Source: Chrysomallon squamiferum (Eukaryota; Animalia; Mollusca). Taken from it: 64,000 nucleotides of DNA. A program made the position numbers and the translations under genes. The notes beneath the pieces are model-generated. The model was not told the origin of the DNA, did no database searches, and saw only the letters and a program-made list of their open reading frames with translations. The stretch's first letter is position 1. Each line of letters begins with the position of its first letter. Below, piece after piece: positions 45,664 through 58,864 of the stretch. Location: positions 248,001-312,000 of the forward strand of contig CM022676.1 in NCBI GenBank assembly GCA_012295275.1, read 5' to 3'.

Positions 45664-47194
45664 ATGTATTTGTCGTTTGTCATGACGTTGGTCTGCACTC
45701 CGTATCAGCAGGTTTCATCCAGTGAACTGTGTAAGTCAAACACCGCGGATACACAAACACACAGAGAAACACAAACACACAGAGATACACAAACACACAG
45801 AGAGACACAAACACACAGAGATACACAAACACACAGAGGGGTGAGAGAGACACAAACACACAGAGGGGTGAGAGACACAAACAGACAGGGGTGACAAACA
45901 CAAACACACAGAAGGGTGGGAGAGACACAAACACACAGAGGGGTGAGAGACACAAACACAGACAGGGGTGAGAGAGACACAAACACTCAGAGGGGTGAGA
46001 GACACAAACACAGAGGGGTGAGAGACACAAACACACAGAGGGTTGAGAGACACAAACACAGAGGGATGAGAGACAGAGGGATGAGAGACACACAAACACA
46101 GAGGGAGAGACTCAAACAGAGGGATGAGAGAGGCACAAACACAGACGGATGGGAGAGCCACACACAGAGGGGAGGGAGAGGCACAAAACACAGAGGGGGA
46201 TGGGAGAGACACAAACACAGAGGGGTGAGAGACAAACACAGAGGGGTGAGAGAGACACAAACACACAAACACACAGAGGGGTGACAGACACAAACACACA
46301 GAGGGATGGGAGACACAAACACAAACACACAGAGGGGTGAGAGACACAAACACAGAGGGATGAGAGAGACACAAACAAACACACAGAGGGATGAGAGACA
46401 AAAAACACACAGGGTGAGAGAGACACAAACACAGGGATGAGAGAGGGTGAGAGACACAAAAACACACAGAGGGTGAGAGACACAAACACAGAGGGATGAG
46501 AGAGACACAAACACACAGAGGGTTTGAGACACAAAAACACAGAGGGTGAGACAAACACACAGAGGGTGAGAGACACAAACACACAGAGGGTGAGAGACAA
46601 ACAGGTGGAGAGACACAAACATGGGTGAGAGACACAAACAGGGGGAGAGAGACAAACTGGAGATAGAAACGCAGGACTGAAGATGCTGCTAACAGAACAT
46701 TTCTATAAATAGTTCAACAATCATTTTAACATTCATGTTTATGAGGATTTGAACATAATCTAACACATACCCACATACACAAACATAGTTCAGGTTTTTC
46801 AAATGTGGTTAACTGTTCTTTTGAAAATAGAAGAACAGTTAACTATTTAATGGAAGAAGATAAATCATGTTTCAGACAAGCCAAGGCACATGAATACCAC
46901 ACCTATAGGACCAATAGTGACCAAAGCTGGAAAATCATTACATCTTTTGTGCAGTGCAGATGCTAACCCAGTACCGTTGTTCCAGTGGTACAACAACAGT
47001 ACACTAATGGCTGTAGGGCGGAGTGTCAACATAGTTAAACTGTATCCAGGTCATAATGGTGTGTGGACATGTAGAGCGAACAACAGTGAGGGTTCCACCT
47101 ACGTCTCCTTGAAAGTGACAGTTTTCTGTAAGTCTGTAATGTTAATTCATTTCATTTCACATTTATTCAGTCACTTTATTGTTAATTTATTAAT

Positions 47195-47253
<59 letters not shown>

Positions 47254-49708
47254 TTCACCATTCATTTTATTATTTAATTATTTACTCAGCCACATTTTCA
47301 CTTACTCAGTTGCTCATCAGTTTGGATGTAAGTTCGACTGTAACTATTTTATTTTAACAGATTCTCCACAGAACTTGAAGACAAAACCAAGGACATATTT
47401 GCTTGTGAAAGAAGGCTATGAAATCATAAGTGAATGTCTGGCTGATGCTAACCCACGACCTCATTTCAAATGGTACTACAATAACCTCTACATCACATCA
47501 ACTGCCACACTAAACATATCCAGTGCTAAAATAAACCATACTGGATCATGGAAATGCAAAGCTGAAAATTTTCTTGGGAAACAGAAAATTTTGTTATATA
47601 TCATTGTTCAGTGTGAGTACACCTCATGTCAAAATATATTAAGATATTTTACTCACAGTTATCATAATTGGTGTTATTAGTAGAAATCATTGCGATGATG
47701 CTGATGGTGATGATAATGATGATAAAAGTTTGTTAGCAGATTTAACTAAAACATTAGTAATGATATTTGGTGTATCGGTGAAAATTGTGGGAATAACTAG
47801 GCATTGATCATATTTATTGCTAACATTGAAAATAATAACAATAATAAAAATAAAACTATGCTCACAGTAATAGTAGTACTAGTTACACTAGTAGTAGGAA
47901 TGTACTAATTATACTAGTTGTAGCAGTAGTTGTTAAGCAAGGTATATAGTAACTTGATAGTAGCAATACTAGCTGTACTTAATGTTAGAGAAAGACCAGA
48001 GTTAACACTACACTACACGCTGCACACTACAAGTAGGAAAATTTATTGCTGCCATATTGCTATGTAACTATTATGCTTTCAGTAGAATTTTAGATATACA
48101 GTCATAGCACTACTATTAGTTATACTAGATTATATAGTAGTAATACTAGCAGTACTATTAGTTATACTAGATATAGTAGTAGCAGTACTGTTAGTTATGC
48201 TAGATATAGTAGTAGTAGCAGTACTAATAGTTATACTATATATATAGTAGTAGCAGTACTGTTAGTTATACTATATATATATAGTAGTAGCAGTACTGTT
48301 AGCTATGCTATATATATAGTAGTAGCAGTACTGTTAGCTATACTACATATATAGTAGTAGTAGCACTACTATTAGTTATACTAGATTATATAGTAGTAAT
48401 ACTAGCAGTACTATTAGTTATACTAGATATAGTAGTAGCAGTACTATTCGTTATACTAGATATAGTAGTAGCAGTACTGTTAGTTATGCTAGATATAGTA
48501 GTAGTAGCAGTACTAATAGTTATACTATATATAGTAGTAGCAGTACTGTTAGTATACTATATCTATATATAGTATACAGTACTGTTATATATATATATAG
48601 TAGTAGCAGTACTATTGTTAGCTATGCTATATATAGTAGTAGTACAGTTATACTATATATTAGCTATGCTATATATAGTAGTAGCAGTACTGTTAGTACT
48701 GTTAGTTATGCTATATATATAGTATAGTAGTAGATATATATAGTAGTACTGTTGGTTATGCTATATATAGTAGTAGCAGTACTGTTAGTTATGCTATATA
48801 TAGTAGTAGCAGTACTGTTAGCTATGCTATATATAGTAGTAGCAGTACTGTTAGCTATACTACATATATAGTAGTAGTAGCACTACTATTAGTTATACCA
48901 GATTGTATAGTAATGATACTAGCAGTACTACTGGCTATACTAGACTGTACAGTAGTGATACTGGCAGCACTACTGGTTATATAGACTGTACAGTAGTGAT
49001 ACTGGCAGCACTACTGGTTATATAGAGACTGTACAGTAGTGATACTGTACAGTAGTGATTGGCAGCACTACTGGTTATATAGTAGTGATACTGTACACTG
49101 GTTAGTGATACTGGCAGCACTACTGGTTATATAGACTGTACAGTAGTGATACTGGCAGCACTACTGGTTATACTAGACTGTACAGTAGTGATACTGGCAG
49201 CACTACTGGTTATATAGACTGTACAGTAGTGATACTGGCAGCACTACTGGTTATATAGACTGTACAGTAGTGATACTGGCAGCACTACTGGTTATATAGA
49301 CTGTACAGTAGTGATACTGGCAGTACTTGATGTTACAGACAGGCCGAGGGCTAACATAACGAGTATAACACTACATGTAGGAAAGGACATTGGGGCTAAG
49401 CTGCAGTGTAATGTGCATTCTGTGCCTCGTGTAGATCATTACATCTGGATACACAATGGAGACATTTTAGAACATGATGATCGCACTCTGATTCTGACAG
49501 TAGACAAATCGGGCCACATCAACTACGGCTACTACATCTGTCTTGCGGTTAATGTGGTAGGAATATCAGACAACATTTATTTCTTTCTCAAACGTGATTC
49601 TGAGAAAACAAAGACTCAGTCAAAAAGTAAGTTAATGTATACACATACACACATACATACATACATACATACATACATTCATACATTCATACGTACAAAA
49701 ATATCTAC

Positions 49709-49741
<33 letters not shown>

Positions 49742-51827
49742 CACAAACACACACACACAAACACACACAATGGTATCACCAGCATTTGTGAAAGGGATGG
49801 TGGGAACAATGTTCAAATTGTCAAAAATACTCTCATAAATAATTGCATCAAATGCATTAACTATTAACAAGTTTATTGTACTAGCAATTAAATAAAATCA
49901 AAGCATCTGTTTAATTTATTATAAAAAATGAAGATCACTAAATAAACAGTTGACAGATATTGCTGCCATTGCTGCCAAATGGTGGGCGAACTTGATGTAA
50001 ACCGAAAGAGATGGCAGACCTGTGATCTCTGACAGTGTGTAGGGAGACCCTCTATATATATATATATATATATATAAACATACATATGTAGGGATAACTG
50101 GGGACCAATGAGCCATTTTTAAGATATTTGGCCACTTCACAAAAACTTGATAGCTGTTGACTGAAAAACTATTGATGCATTATTGCTCTTGATTACAGTA
50201 AACTGTTTTTGCTGCCTTCAACAACATCGTTGTGGGAGACACTCATGTAAGAGGTCTGCGATGGCTGATCATGATCTCAAACAGTGAATCTAGCTAGAAA
50301 CAACACACATGTAAATCTTATTTTTTTATTTCTGTCATAAATTTCATCTGAGATACACATACTGAAATAAACATAGAATTTCAGCACAGTGACCTCAATT
50401 TAGGGCAAATTGTGCTGTTGATTCAATCTCCATGTTACAGTTTAGTTCCAAGAGTCCTAAAGTAATGCTGAATCTGATTCCACACTGAACTCATCAAAAT
50501 TGCCACTGAATTATATGATTCTCTTCTGCCTTTTGGTAGTTTGCACTACAGGTTTATCAAGGACACCTTAGGTCAAATCTGCCTCAGTTGAGATTGTTTT
50601 TCCTAGACAGACTCAGTAAATGCACATGACATAGTGTGCCTGGGAGATGTTCTCAGAAACTGGACTTAATGGTTCCCATTGTCATTTTTTAGTTTTACAC
50701 TGATGTAGTGAACAGTGCTCTGCTGAGAACAGACCTCAGTCTGTCTTCCACTCTTTTCATACCAACTACAGCACTCTAGTCTGTCCAGAAGAAATTCAGT
50801 AGTTAATTATCTGTGTAACAACATTGATTTTATAGATTATATATTCCTCTGAAATGCAGTGGGATCCAATGAGCCACCTGCCCATAGGACCCCATAGAAA
50901 ATGGCTCATTGCTCCACAACATCACTTTCATTATGTTAGCACAGTGTACCAGAGAAACATATGGCTGATTAACTAAAACTGTATTTAGAAGTCAAACAAA
51001 ATTACTAACAAGAAACACAAACCTTTGCAGGTTCTATGAAATATATATTATCACTTCAGTATTAAATTTTAACCAAAACAAGAAAACATTACTCAAGGTA
51101 GTGAAAAACCTACTTTTTAACTTGTGTGTTGATGGACTGCTCCAAAGCTCTGTGTACAGTAGTTGAGTGGACAGTGGCTGCATGTCACTACCATGTTGCA
51201 GTCAGGAGTTTGTGGAGTGGCTGGCTTAAAGGCTCATCAGTCCTCAGTTTTCCCTACGTACATTCATAGATATCGATAATATGTATTTAGACATAAACAA
51301 ACATCATTGCTAATACAATAAATTACAGACTAATAATGATGTTTCCTCACACACACACACGTCCCAGCTTTTGATCTAATATAAATAAAGTTAAAAAAAA
51401 ATAGACACTTTTGATTAAGAAAAATAATAAAATAAAATATGTGTATAAATTAAAATTATTTGCTAATACTCATGTATTTATATTTATCAAAGATAAAGAT
51501 TAAATAAAAAATGTATAAACTACAGTATTCCTATGTGTTGCATCCTAGAAGTTTATGCTAATTTAAAAAGTGTTATTTATATATCTGAAAAATGCAGCAA
51601 TTCAAATTATTTATTTATTTGTTTGTTTGTTTGTTAGTTTATGTATTTTATCCATCTATCTATCTTTATTTATTTATTTATTTATTTATTTATTTTTTAT
51701 ATTTCAGGTACTAACTTTTATTATCTACAAGTTATTATCACCTTTGGTATATTTGGTGGAATTGTGGTTTCCCTCATAGTGTCAATATGTGTCTACAGTC
51801 TGTGGCAGAAACGTTAGCATGTTTCAT

Positions 51828-51883
<56 letters not shown>

Positions 51884-51961
51884 ACAAGCACGCACACACA
51901 TACATACATATATACAAACATACACACATACATACATACAAACATATACACATACATACAA

Positions 51962-51992
<31 letters not shown>

Positions 51993-52112
51993 AACATACA
52001 TGTACACATACACAGACACACAAACATACACACATACATACATACAACACACACACACACATACATACATACATATATACATACACACACGCACATACAT
52101 ACATACATACAC

Positions 52113-52149
<37 letters not shown>

Positions 52150-52244
52150 TACAAATATCTAAAACATTACTTCATTAACCATACATATTTAACACACAAG
52201 TATTAGAACATTTAACATATAGACATTCATACATACATATATAC

Positions 52245-52277
<33 letters not shown>

Positions 52278-53381
52278 CAGACATCTAAAATATAACACAC
52301 AAGTATCAGTACATTTAACATAGACAGACTGAAATACATACAGACATCTAATATATGACACACAAGTATCAGTACATTTAACATATAGACAGACTGAAAT
52401 ACATACAGACATCTAATATATGACACACAAGTATCAGTACATTTAACATACAGACACACTGAAATACATACATACATCTGAAATATAACACAGGTAAACA
52501 TTTCATTCAATATGCTGAGAAAACAAACACATTTTCATTCACTGACTGACATACATACACATACAGACAATTATACAGATATACAGATACACAGACATAC
52601 CAACAGACACACAGAGATAAATACAGATATACAGATCTACAGTCATACGGATCAAATACACAACAATACACAGACAGATATACATAGACATACAAACATA
52701 CAGATAGGTACATTCATCTACAACAGAACACACATTTCATTTACCATGCTGATACACAGCCACACACATACAAATACACTGGCATGTATGCAGATAAAAC
52801 ACACACACACACACACACACAGTGACATACATACAGATACATACAACTAAATATGTATGGTGTGTAGTACATTTCATTCACATGTGGAGATACATAGAGG
52901 GACACATACACAGATATTCTACAACTGAAAACATAAATGTTAGTTATATTTCACTAACTATGATAAAACAGACAAATACGCAGTGCAACAGCAAAACCAC
53001 TACTGTTGATTTTATACATTTTTGTAAATAATTCATCATTTAAAAACTCACCCTGGCTGTGAACTAACACGTGTAGTTCTAACTGCTTTCTCAGAGTAAT
53101 TCACCCTCACACTTCCCTTCAGATCACTACACTCCTGGAAGTACATTGCCTAACCTCCGACCTGTCAAGCAGATGAAAGTAAAGTTTAAATATGCTCAAT
53201 ATCACAGATGTACATTTAGTTGTCTGTGTGTGTGTTTTGTTTACAAACGTAAATGAAAAGTAGGAGATGATAATCTGAGATTAGCTGTGTTTTTGTTTAA
53301 TGCTTGTTTAGAAATGTAAATGTTAATTTTGCAGGTTATGGTACTGTTGAACCTCATGAAAGATTACATGAATCTTATTAA
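45664..53381 (+). CDS. IgSF gene E: SP + 3 Ig + TM + short tail with YGTV (~336 aa)
   Basis: Exons 45664-45730 (MYLSFVMTLVCTPYQQVSSSEL), 46876-47127, 47361-47612, 49339-49626, 51708-51812 and 53335-53381. A probable 5'UTR exon donor lies at 44590. Confidence 0.87.
45750..46655. repeat. Degenerate minisatellite (ACACAAACACACAGAGGGGTGAGAG-like) in gene E intron
   Basis: Tandem 20-28 bp units; source of several Cys/Val-rich spurious ORFs. Confidence 0.95.
46876..47127 (+). CDS. Gene E Ig exon 1 (252 nt)
   Basis: KPRHMNTTP..LLCSADANPVPLFQWYNN..HNGVWTCRANNSEG. Confidence 0.93.
47361..47612 (+). CDS. Gene E Ig exon 2 (252 nt)
   Basis: SPQNLKTKP..SECLADANPRPHFKWYYN..HTGSWKCKAENFLG. Confidence 0.93.
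48100..49322. repeat. Compound minisatellite: ~30-bp TATATAGTAGTAGCAGTACTGTTAG units grading into 41-bp GACTGTACAGTAGTGATACTGGCAGCACTACTGGTTATATA units
   Basis: Visible tandem arrays ending just before the acceptor at 49338. Confidence 0.93.
49339..49626 (+). CDS. Gene E membrane-proximal Ig exon (288 nt)
   Basis: RPRANIT..LQCNVHSVPRVDHYIWIHNG..NYGYYICLAVNVVG. Confidence 0.92.
50087..51258. mobile_element. Non-autonomous TIR DNA transposon with TA flanks (Tc1/mariner-pogo-like)
   Basis: Left end TA|TGTAGGGATAACTGGGGACCAATGAGCC and right end GGCTCATCAGTCCTCAGTTTTCCCTACG|TA are imperfect inverted repeats. An internal palindromic copy of the TIR core lies at ~50860-50918. Confidence 0.8.
51708..51812 (+). 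CDS. Gene E transmembrane exon (TNFYYLQVIITFGIFGGIVVSLIVSICVYSLWQK)
   Basis: atttcag acceptor, 105 nt, hydrophobic helix with a GxxxG motif. Confidence 0.88.
51830..52860. repeat. (CA)n/(CATA)n microsatellite field with a ~63-bp tandem repeat at ~52275-52490
   Basis: Direct inspection. Confidence 0.9.
53335..53381 (+). CDS. Gene E cytoplasmic exon (RYGTVEPHERLHESY*)
   Basis: ttttgcag acceptor, phase-compatible, TAA stop, gtaagt donor 2 nt later. Confidence 0.65.
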
Positions 53382-53679
53382 CAGTAAGTAATTTGCAATA
53401 ATTGTAACATTAATAGAATATATGTAGCACATGATATAATCTGCATGTCTACATGTGTGTATGTGTGTATAGATATAGAATATAGCTGCAGTTGGCAATT
53501 CAACCTGAACATACATGTATAGATAGATAGATATGTAAATAACAAGTAATTTATCAAAGTAAATAATAGTTCTCAAAAATATAGAAATTTGTCTTGTCAT
53601 CATATCATGATACTACATAGTGAGTGATTGCAGGATAACACACCAACACACACACACTCACACACTTGCACACATGCAT

Positions 53680-53721
<42 letters not shown>

Positions 53722-53948
53722 AGACACACACACACACACAAACATGGATATACACTATAACACTAAAAATAGTTAAATAGTTGTCTAATTTAAATATGAA
53801 AAAATACATAAATTGAAGTATATTTTACAAAAGTTAAATAATTAAACTATATCATACAATAAGAAACTAATGACTAAAGTATAATTTTTTCTTCTTCAGA
53901 TATACAACAGAATAGGAATCTGTCTTCAAACACACATACATACACAAA

Positions 53949-53991
<43 letters not shown>

Positions 53992-54660
53992 ACCACATGT
54001 AGACAAACACATATACACCCAAACATATGTGTATGCCTATGTGTGATTGTATGTGTGGGTATATGTGTATGGGTCTACATGTCTGTATGTTATTAGCTCT
54101 TGAAACATATTTTTATATGTATAATTTTAAAAAGTAAATAAACAAATCTAAAATAATTAGTTTCACCTTATTTCTTTTATCTTTCTCTTATTTTATATTT
54201 ATAATTGCCATTACTTTATTTATTTGTATTATCAAAATAACATGTTTACACACGGTTAACATTGTTTCAAATAATCATTTTATAATAATAAGAAGAAAAT
54301 AATTTTACTTTTTTCATAAATTATTAGTTTCTTTTGACTCTTGTACACATAATATAATTATATTTGTTAATAAAATAACGATGAACTTACCGAAAAATAA
54401 CCTCTGAAGATGCCGTTCTGCCGCAAGTAAGATGTTAATTTGGCAGACGAAACCCTTAGTTGCAAATAAAAGCGAAATAAAGAAAAAAGGTTAAGTGAAT
54501 TTTGAAATATATATTTTAAAATAAAAAATATTTGTAAACAGTAGTTATATAAATACAACAACAATAATAAAACAACCACAACAACAATAAAAAAATAAAA
54601 ATAAACATAACCTGTATGAATGAGTAAACAGAGAGAATAATAACAATTATATAATAAAAG

Positions 54661-54700
<40 letters not shown>

Positions 54701-55630
54701 TAGCAGAAAAGAACTGTTATAAGTAATAATATAAAAATAATAATAAAAAAATAAACTATTTATTTTAGTTTTCTTACCATAAATATAACGTCTCCAGTTA
54801 TCTGAAATAAATAAATAAATAAATCTATCTGTCCACCTATGGAAACGTCCACGGCAACGCTTGCTGTCATTATAACTGGAAATCTCATTTGAAATACTTC
54901 CTGTTTTGAAATTAATAAACACATATTTTACTGTTGTGTTAGTAGCTGAACACTCGGCGATATTTAATAATTATCAGTACGATTGTGACTAAATTTCAAA
55001 CAGATTTGCAGTAGCCACATTTCTTTATGAAAGTCTCGATAATTGCATATTTACAATTAGAACGTCTTTCAACAGTGACGTAGGATGGAATTCACGGAAC
55101 GCTCTTAGAAAGGAAATGACGTGATAGCTTTTAATATTCACTATGGATCAAAACTGACAAGGCATGTTTTTTGTTTGTATTACTTTTTCTCATATCAGTG
55201 TCTTTACTTCAATCATTTTTTTTTTTTTTTTTTTTTATCTAGTTTATTCTTGTTTCTAAAGCTGATATTCCGGATGTACTTTATAACGTTGTACAATTAA
55301 AAAGAACGACATATCTTAACAACTTTGACGTGATTATTTTAAACTGATTAATATAATCATTATAATCATTACTGAATTATGTAAACAAATAATTTCTTAA
55401 ATATTCAGCTAATCAGTACAACCCATCTAAAAATAATACAACTACCTGTTGTGCATAGAAAAATAATGAAATGTATATAAGTGCTGGTTTGTATATTTGA
55501 ATTATTTTCAAAAAATACATTTTATCTGGAAAGAAACATATAATGTATGTGTATTAACCTTAGTTGTTATAATGTAATTTATTATTGTTTATTTTTATTT
55601 ATTTATTTATTTATTTCAGATGCACTGATT

Positions 55631-56126
55631 ATGGCTTTCTTGGAAGTTATAATAACCGTTCTCGTTTTAGCCCAAGCTTTCCTCTTGTGTGCAGGAAAAG
55701 GTATGTTCTCTCTTCATTCTTTCTATCTCTCAGTCCATCTCTCGTTCTCTCTGTCCCTTACCTTCCCAGACTGCATACACTGGACTGTTTCAATTTCAAA
55801 ACTACATTTTTGTTTCTGGGAGACAGTTTGTGTAAGAGATTCTATCTACTGAAAGTAGATGGAGGAATAGTTTCAAAAAGATAACTTCATGTCTTGTCTG
55901 TCTCCTTTCTTTGTTCATAATAGTGTCTTTTCCCTGTTTTCTTCAGACAGAAATGTTACTTATTCATCTAATCTTTATCTTAACACAATTGAACAATTAA
56001 ATTTAGAACAAATTCTTTTACATCAACTATTGTTTAACAGGGATTGTTTTTTGACTTTTTTACAAATATGTGAATAATTTTCTCAAAGAAGTAAAAAAGA
56101 AGAAAAAGATTTAAAAAAAAAAAAAA

Positions 56127-56173
<47 letters not shown>

Positions 56174-58808
56174 AAGCATAATGGAAGAAATATATTCCTG
56201 GAAATAAACTTTTCTTTTTGTCTCATTTCACTTTCAGAACAGGAAGAGGAGGATGAGTCACCATCAAAGCCAACATCAAAGACAACATCAAAAACTCAGT
56301 CACAGTCTCAGTCTCAGTCAAAGTCACACCTGGAGGGGACCACCGGGGATGATGATGCAACATCATATGCTTCAGGTTACTGTTTTTATCATTACTATCA
56401 TCAGCTATCACATACATGTTACTTGTTTATCTTTACTTTCATCAGCTATCACATACATGTTACTTGTTTATCATTACTATCATCAGCTGTCACATACATG
56501 TTACTTATTTATCTTTATTATCATCAGCTATCACATACATGTTACTTATCATTACTATCATCAACTATCACATACATGTTACTTATCATTACTATCATCA
56601 ACTATCACATACATGTTACTTATCATTAGTATCATCAGCTATCTTCAGTTTTCATTGTTTTTTGTGTTGGATGATTATTTTATTTATTAATTTACTGGAT
56701 GATCATTTTATTATATTATTAATATTTATTTACTACAACTACTGCTAGTAATGTTATTGTTGTTTGTGACATGGCAGAAGAGGGTGAGGAGGAAGAGACT
56801 GAGCTGTCAGAAGATGACAGGAGTGATGCGTCCTCTGTGCACAATGTGGAGGTGGACAGGAAGGTCGAACCAGTCGCTGTTCAGAAAATTGAGTGTGTAC
56901 TTCACGTCACTGTTTGTCATTCACTTCTACTTAAACTGACATGCATTTTGTTATTTCTACTCAAGCAGTTACCTAATTTGTTATTTAATATTATTTCTAC
57001 ATAAATTGTTATTTCTACTCAAACTGTTACTTAATTTGTTTTTTCTACTTAAACTGGTATTTAATATGTTATTTCTACTTAATCAATATTTCATTTGATG
57101 TTATTTCTACTGAAATTATCAGTTAACTGTTCAGACCACTTTTAATTATCCTTTCTAATTATAACTTGTTGGTCTTTCAAACCTTTATTCAGTTTTCCTT
57201 TCTCAAAATCACTCTTTTATTTCTTGCATTTTCTACTAGTTGTTTGTTTCTGTTATAAGTATTTTCTTGCTGCTGGTGTTTATGTGTGCATTTTGCTACT
57301 TTCTGTCATTACCCGACACAGAGTTCTTACTGCTGCTCAGAATGTTACTTATTCTAAATCTTGCTACCACGTTTTTAAAATTATACTTCCTGTTGCCATT
57401 CAGTGTAGTATTTACTTTTTTATCTCAATCATTTCTTACTTTTTCATTATTGTATTTTGTTAATATTTATTAAGATTTCCCTCATTTTGTAGACACAATT
57501 TATCAATCATCCCTAGTGTTTAAATGTATATATAGTTATTACACATATATATAGACATATAGATAGGTAGATAGATAGATACCTCCACAAACACTTAGTG
57601 CCAGTGTAGATGTATGTGACATCAAGTAAGATGTGTTTGTATATGAATTGCTCTACTACAGTTACTCTCTGAAGCCAGATGATCTGGAGAAGCAGAGAAG
57701 CTGTTTTGAGAGACTTCGCAGGGAGGAGTACACAGCGAGGTGCATCTATCAGATGGCAAAAGAAGATGACTCACATTTGAAGTATGGTAGCTTCTTCTTC
57801 ATATTTTCTCAAAATTAATTTTGTTTATCTTGCATTCTTACTCTTTTTTTTACTTTTTTCACCTTCTTCATGTTTGCACAATAAATAATTTAACTGGGGT
57901 TCAATAACAAATTTTAATAAACAGTGAGATTCTTAGCATAGTTGTTTTATCATGTATATTTACTACAGCTCCAGCTTGTGAAAACAACATGTCAAGCTGA
58001 TATATTCATGTTATTTACTAACGGTTTAAGAGATGGAAGTTTGGATGAGGTTAATCATATTACAGATGTTTTGCATGTTGGTGACTTTGAAAAGTAAAGC
58101 AGAAATTCTACACATCATCAGTGTCTTTATGTTGAACATTATGTGTGTCTCGATGTGTTGTACATTATAAATGTCTGCAAGTTCTACATTACATTTGTAT
58201 GTATGCTGTACATTATGTATGTCTCTGGATATCTCTTTATGTTGTACATCATAAATATCTCTATCATTTTTTATTTATTATTATTACTTTATTCTAAACA
58301 AGGAGATATTCTCACTTGGAGAAGGCAGAGAAACAACGGATCAGAGGAAATGTGGACGACGTTAAAGGATGTCAAGGTATCCAGGCAAAGCTTAGGCATC
58401 AGTTAGTGAATGTTCAGTGAGAAGAAGAAATATTCTAAACCTAAACTTCAAATTCTGTTTTATTTGGTTTTTGCTGCAATTAATAATAAAGTATAATAAC
58501 AATGAGTTAACATATCTTTTGCTGTAGCCATGATGTCAGGAGTTATTGACCAGACCAGTTTGCTATAAGACATCTTATAACATTGTCACAAAACATACAG
58601 TTACCAATTATTATATGATGGCAGCATGAACTAATCATCAAAGTGCAACATGGCATTCTTTAAATGCTTCATAACTATTAAGTGTATTCCTTCTTATCTT
58701 TTATATTTTTAAAGTTTTATCTTTTATAATTTTCTTTTTCTTTTTAATTAATCGAGTTTAATAATATTGGTCACTTTTCTAATGTTCATTGTAATAAGCA
58801 CCCTATTT

Positions 58809-58864
<56 letters not shown>

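Noticed and set aside
45680-46655. Cys/Val-rich ORFs up to 299 aa resembling metallothionein or keratin-associated proteins
   Set aside because: They are translations of a CA/GA-rich minisatellite in the gene E intron.
51774-52850. Cys/Val/Tyr/Met and His/Thr-rich ORFs
   Set aside because: Translations of (CA)n/(CATA)n microsatellites.
56253-56690. His/Gln-rich 145-aa ORF
   Set aside because: Wrong frame of gene F exon 2 running on into an intronic minisatellite.
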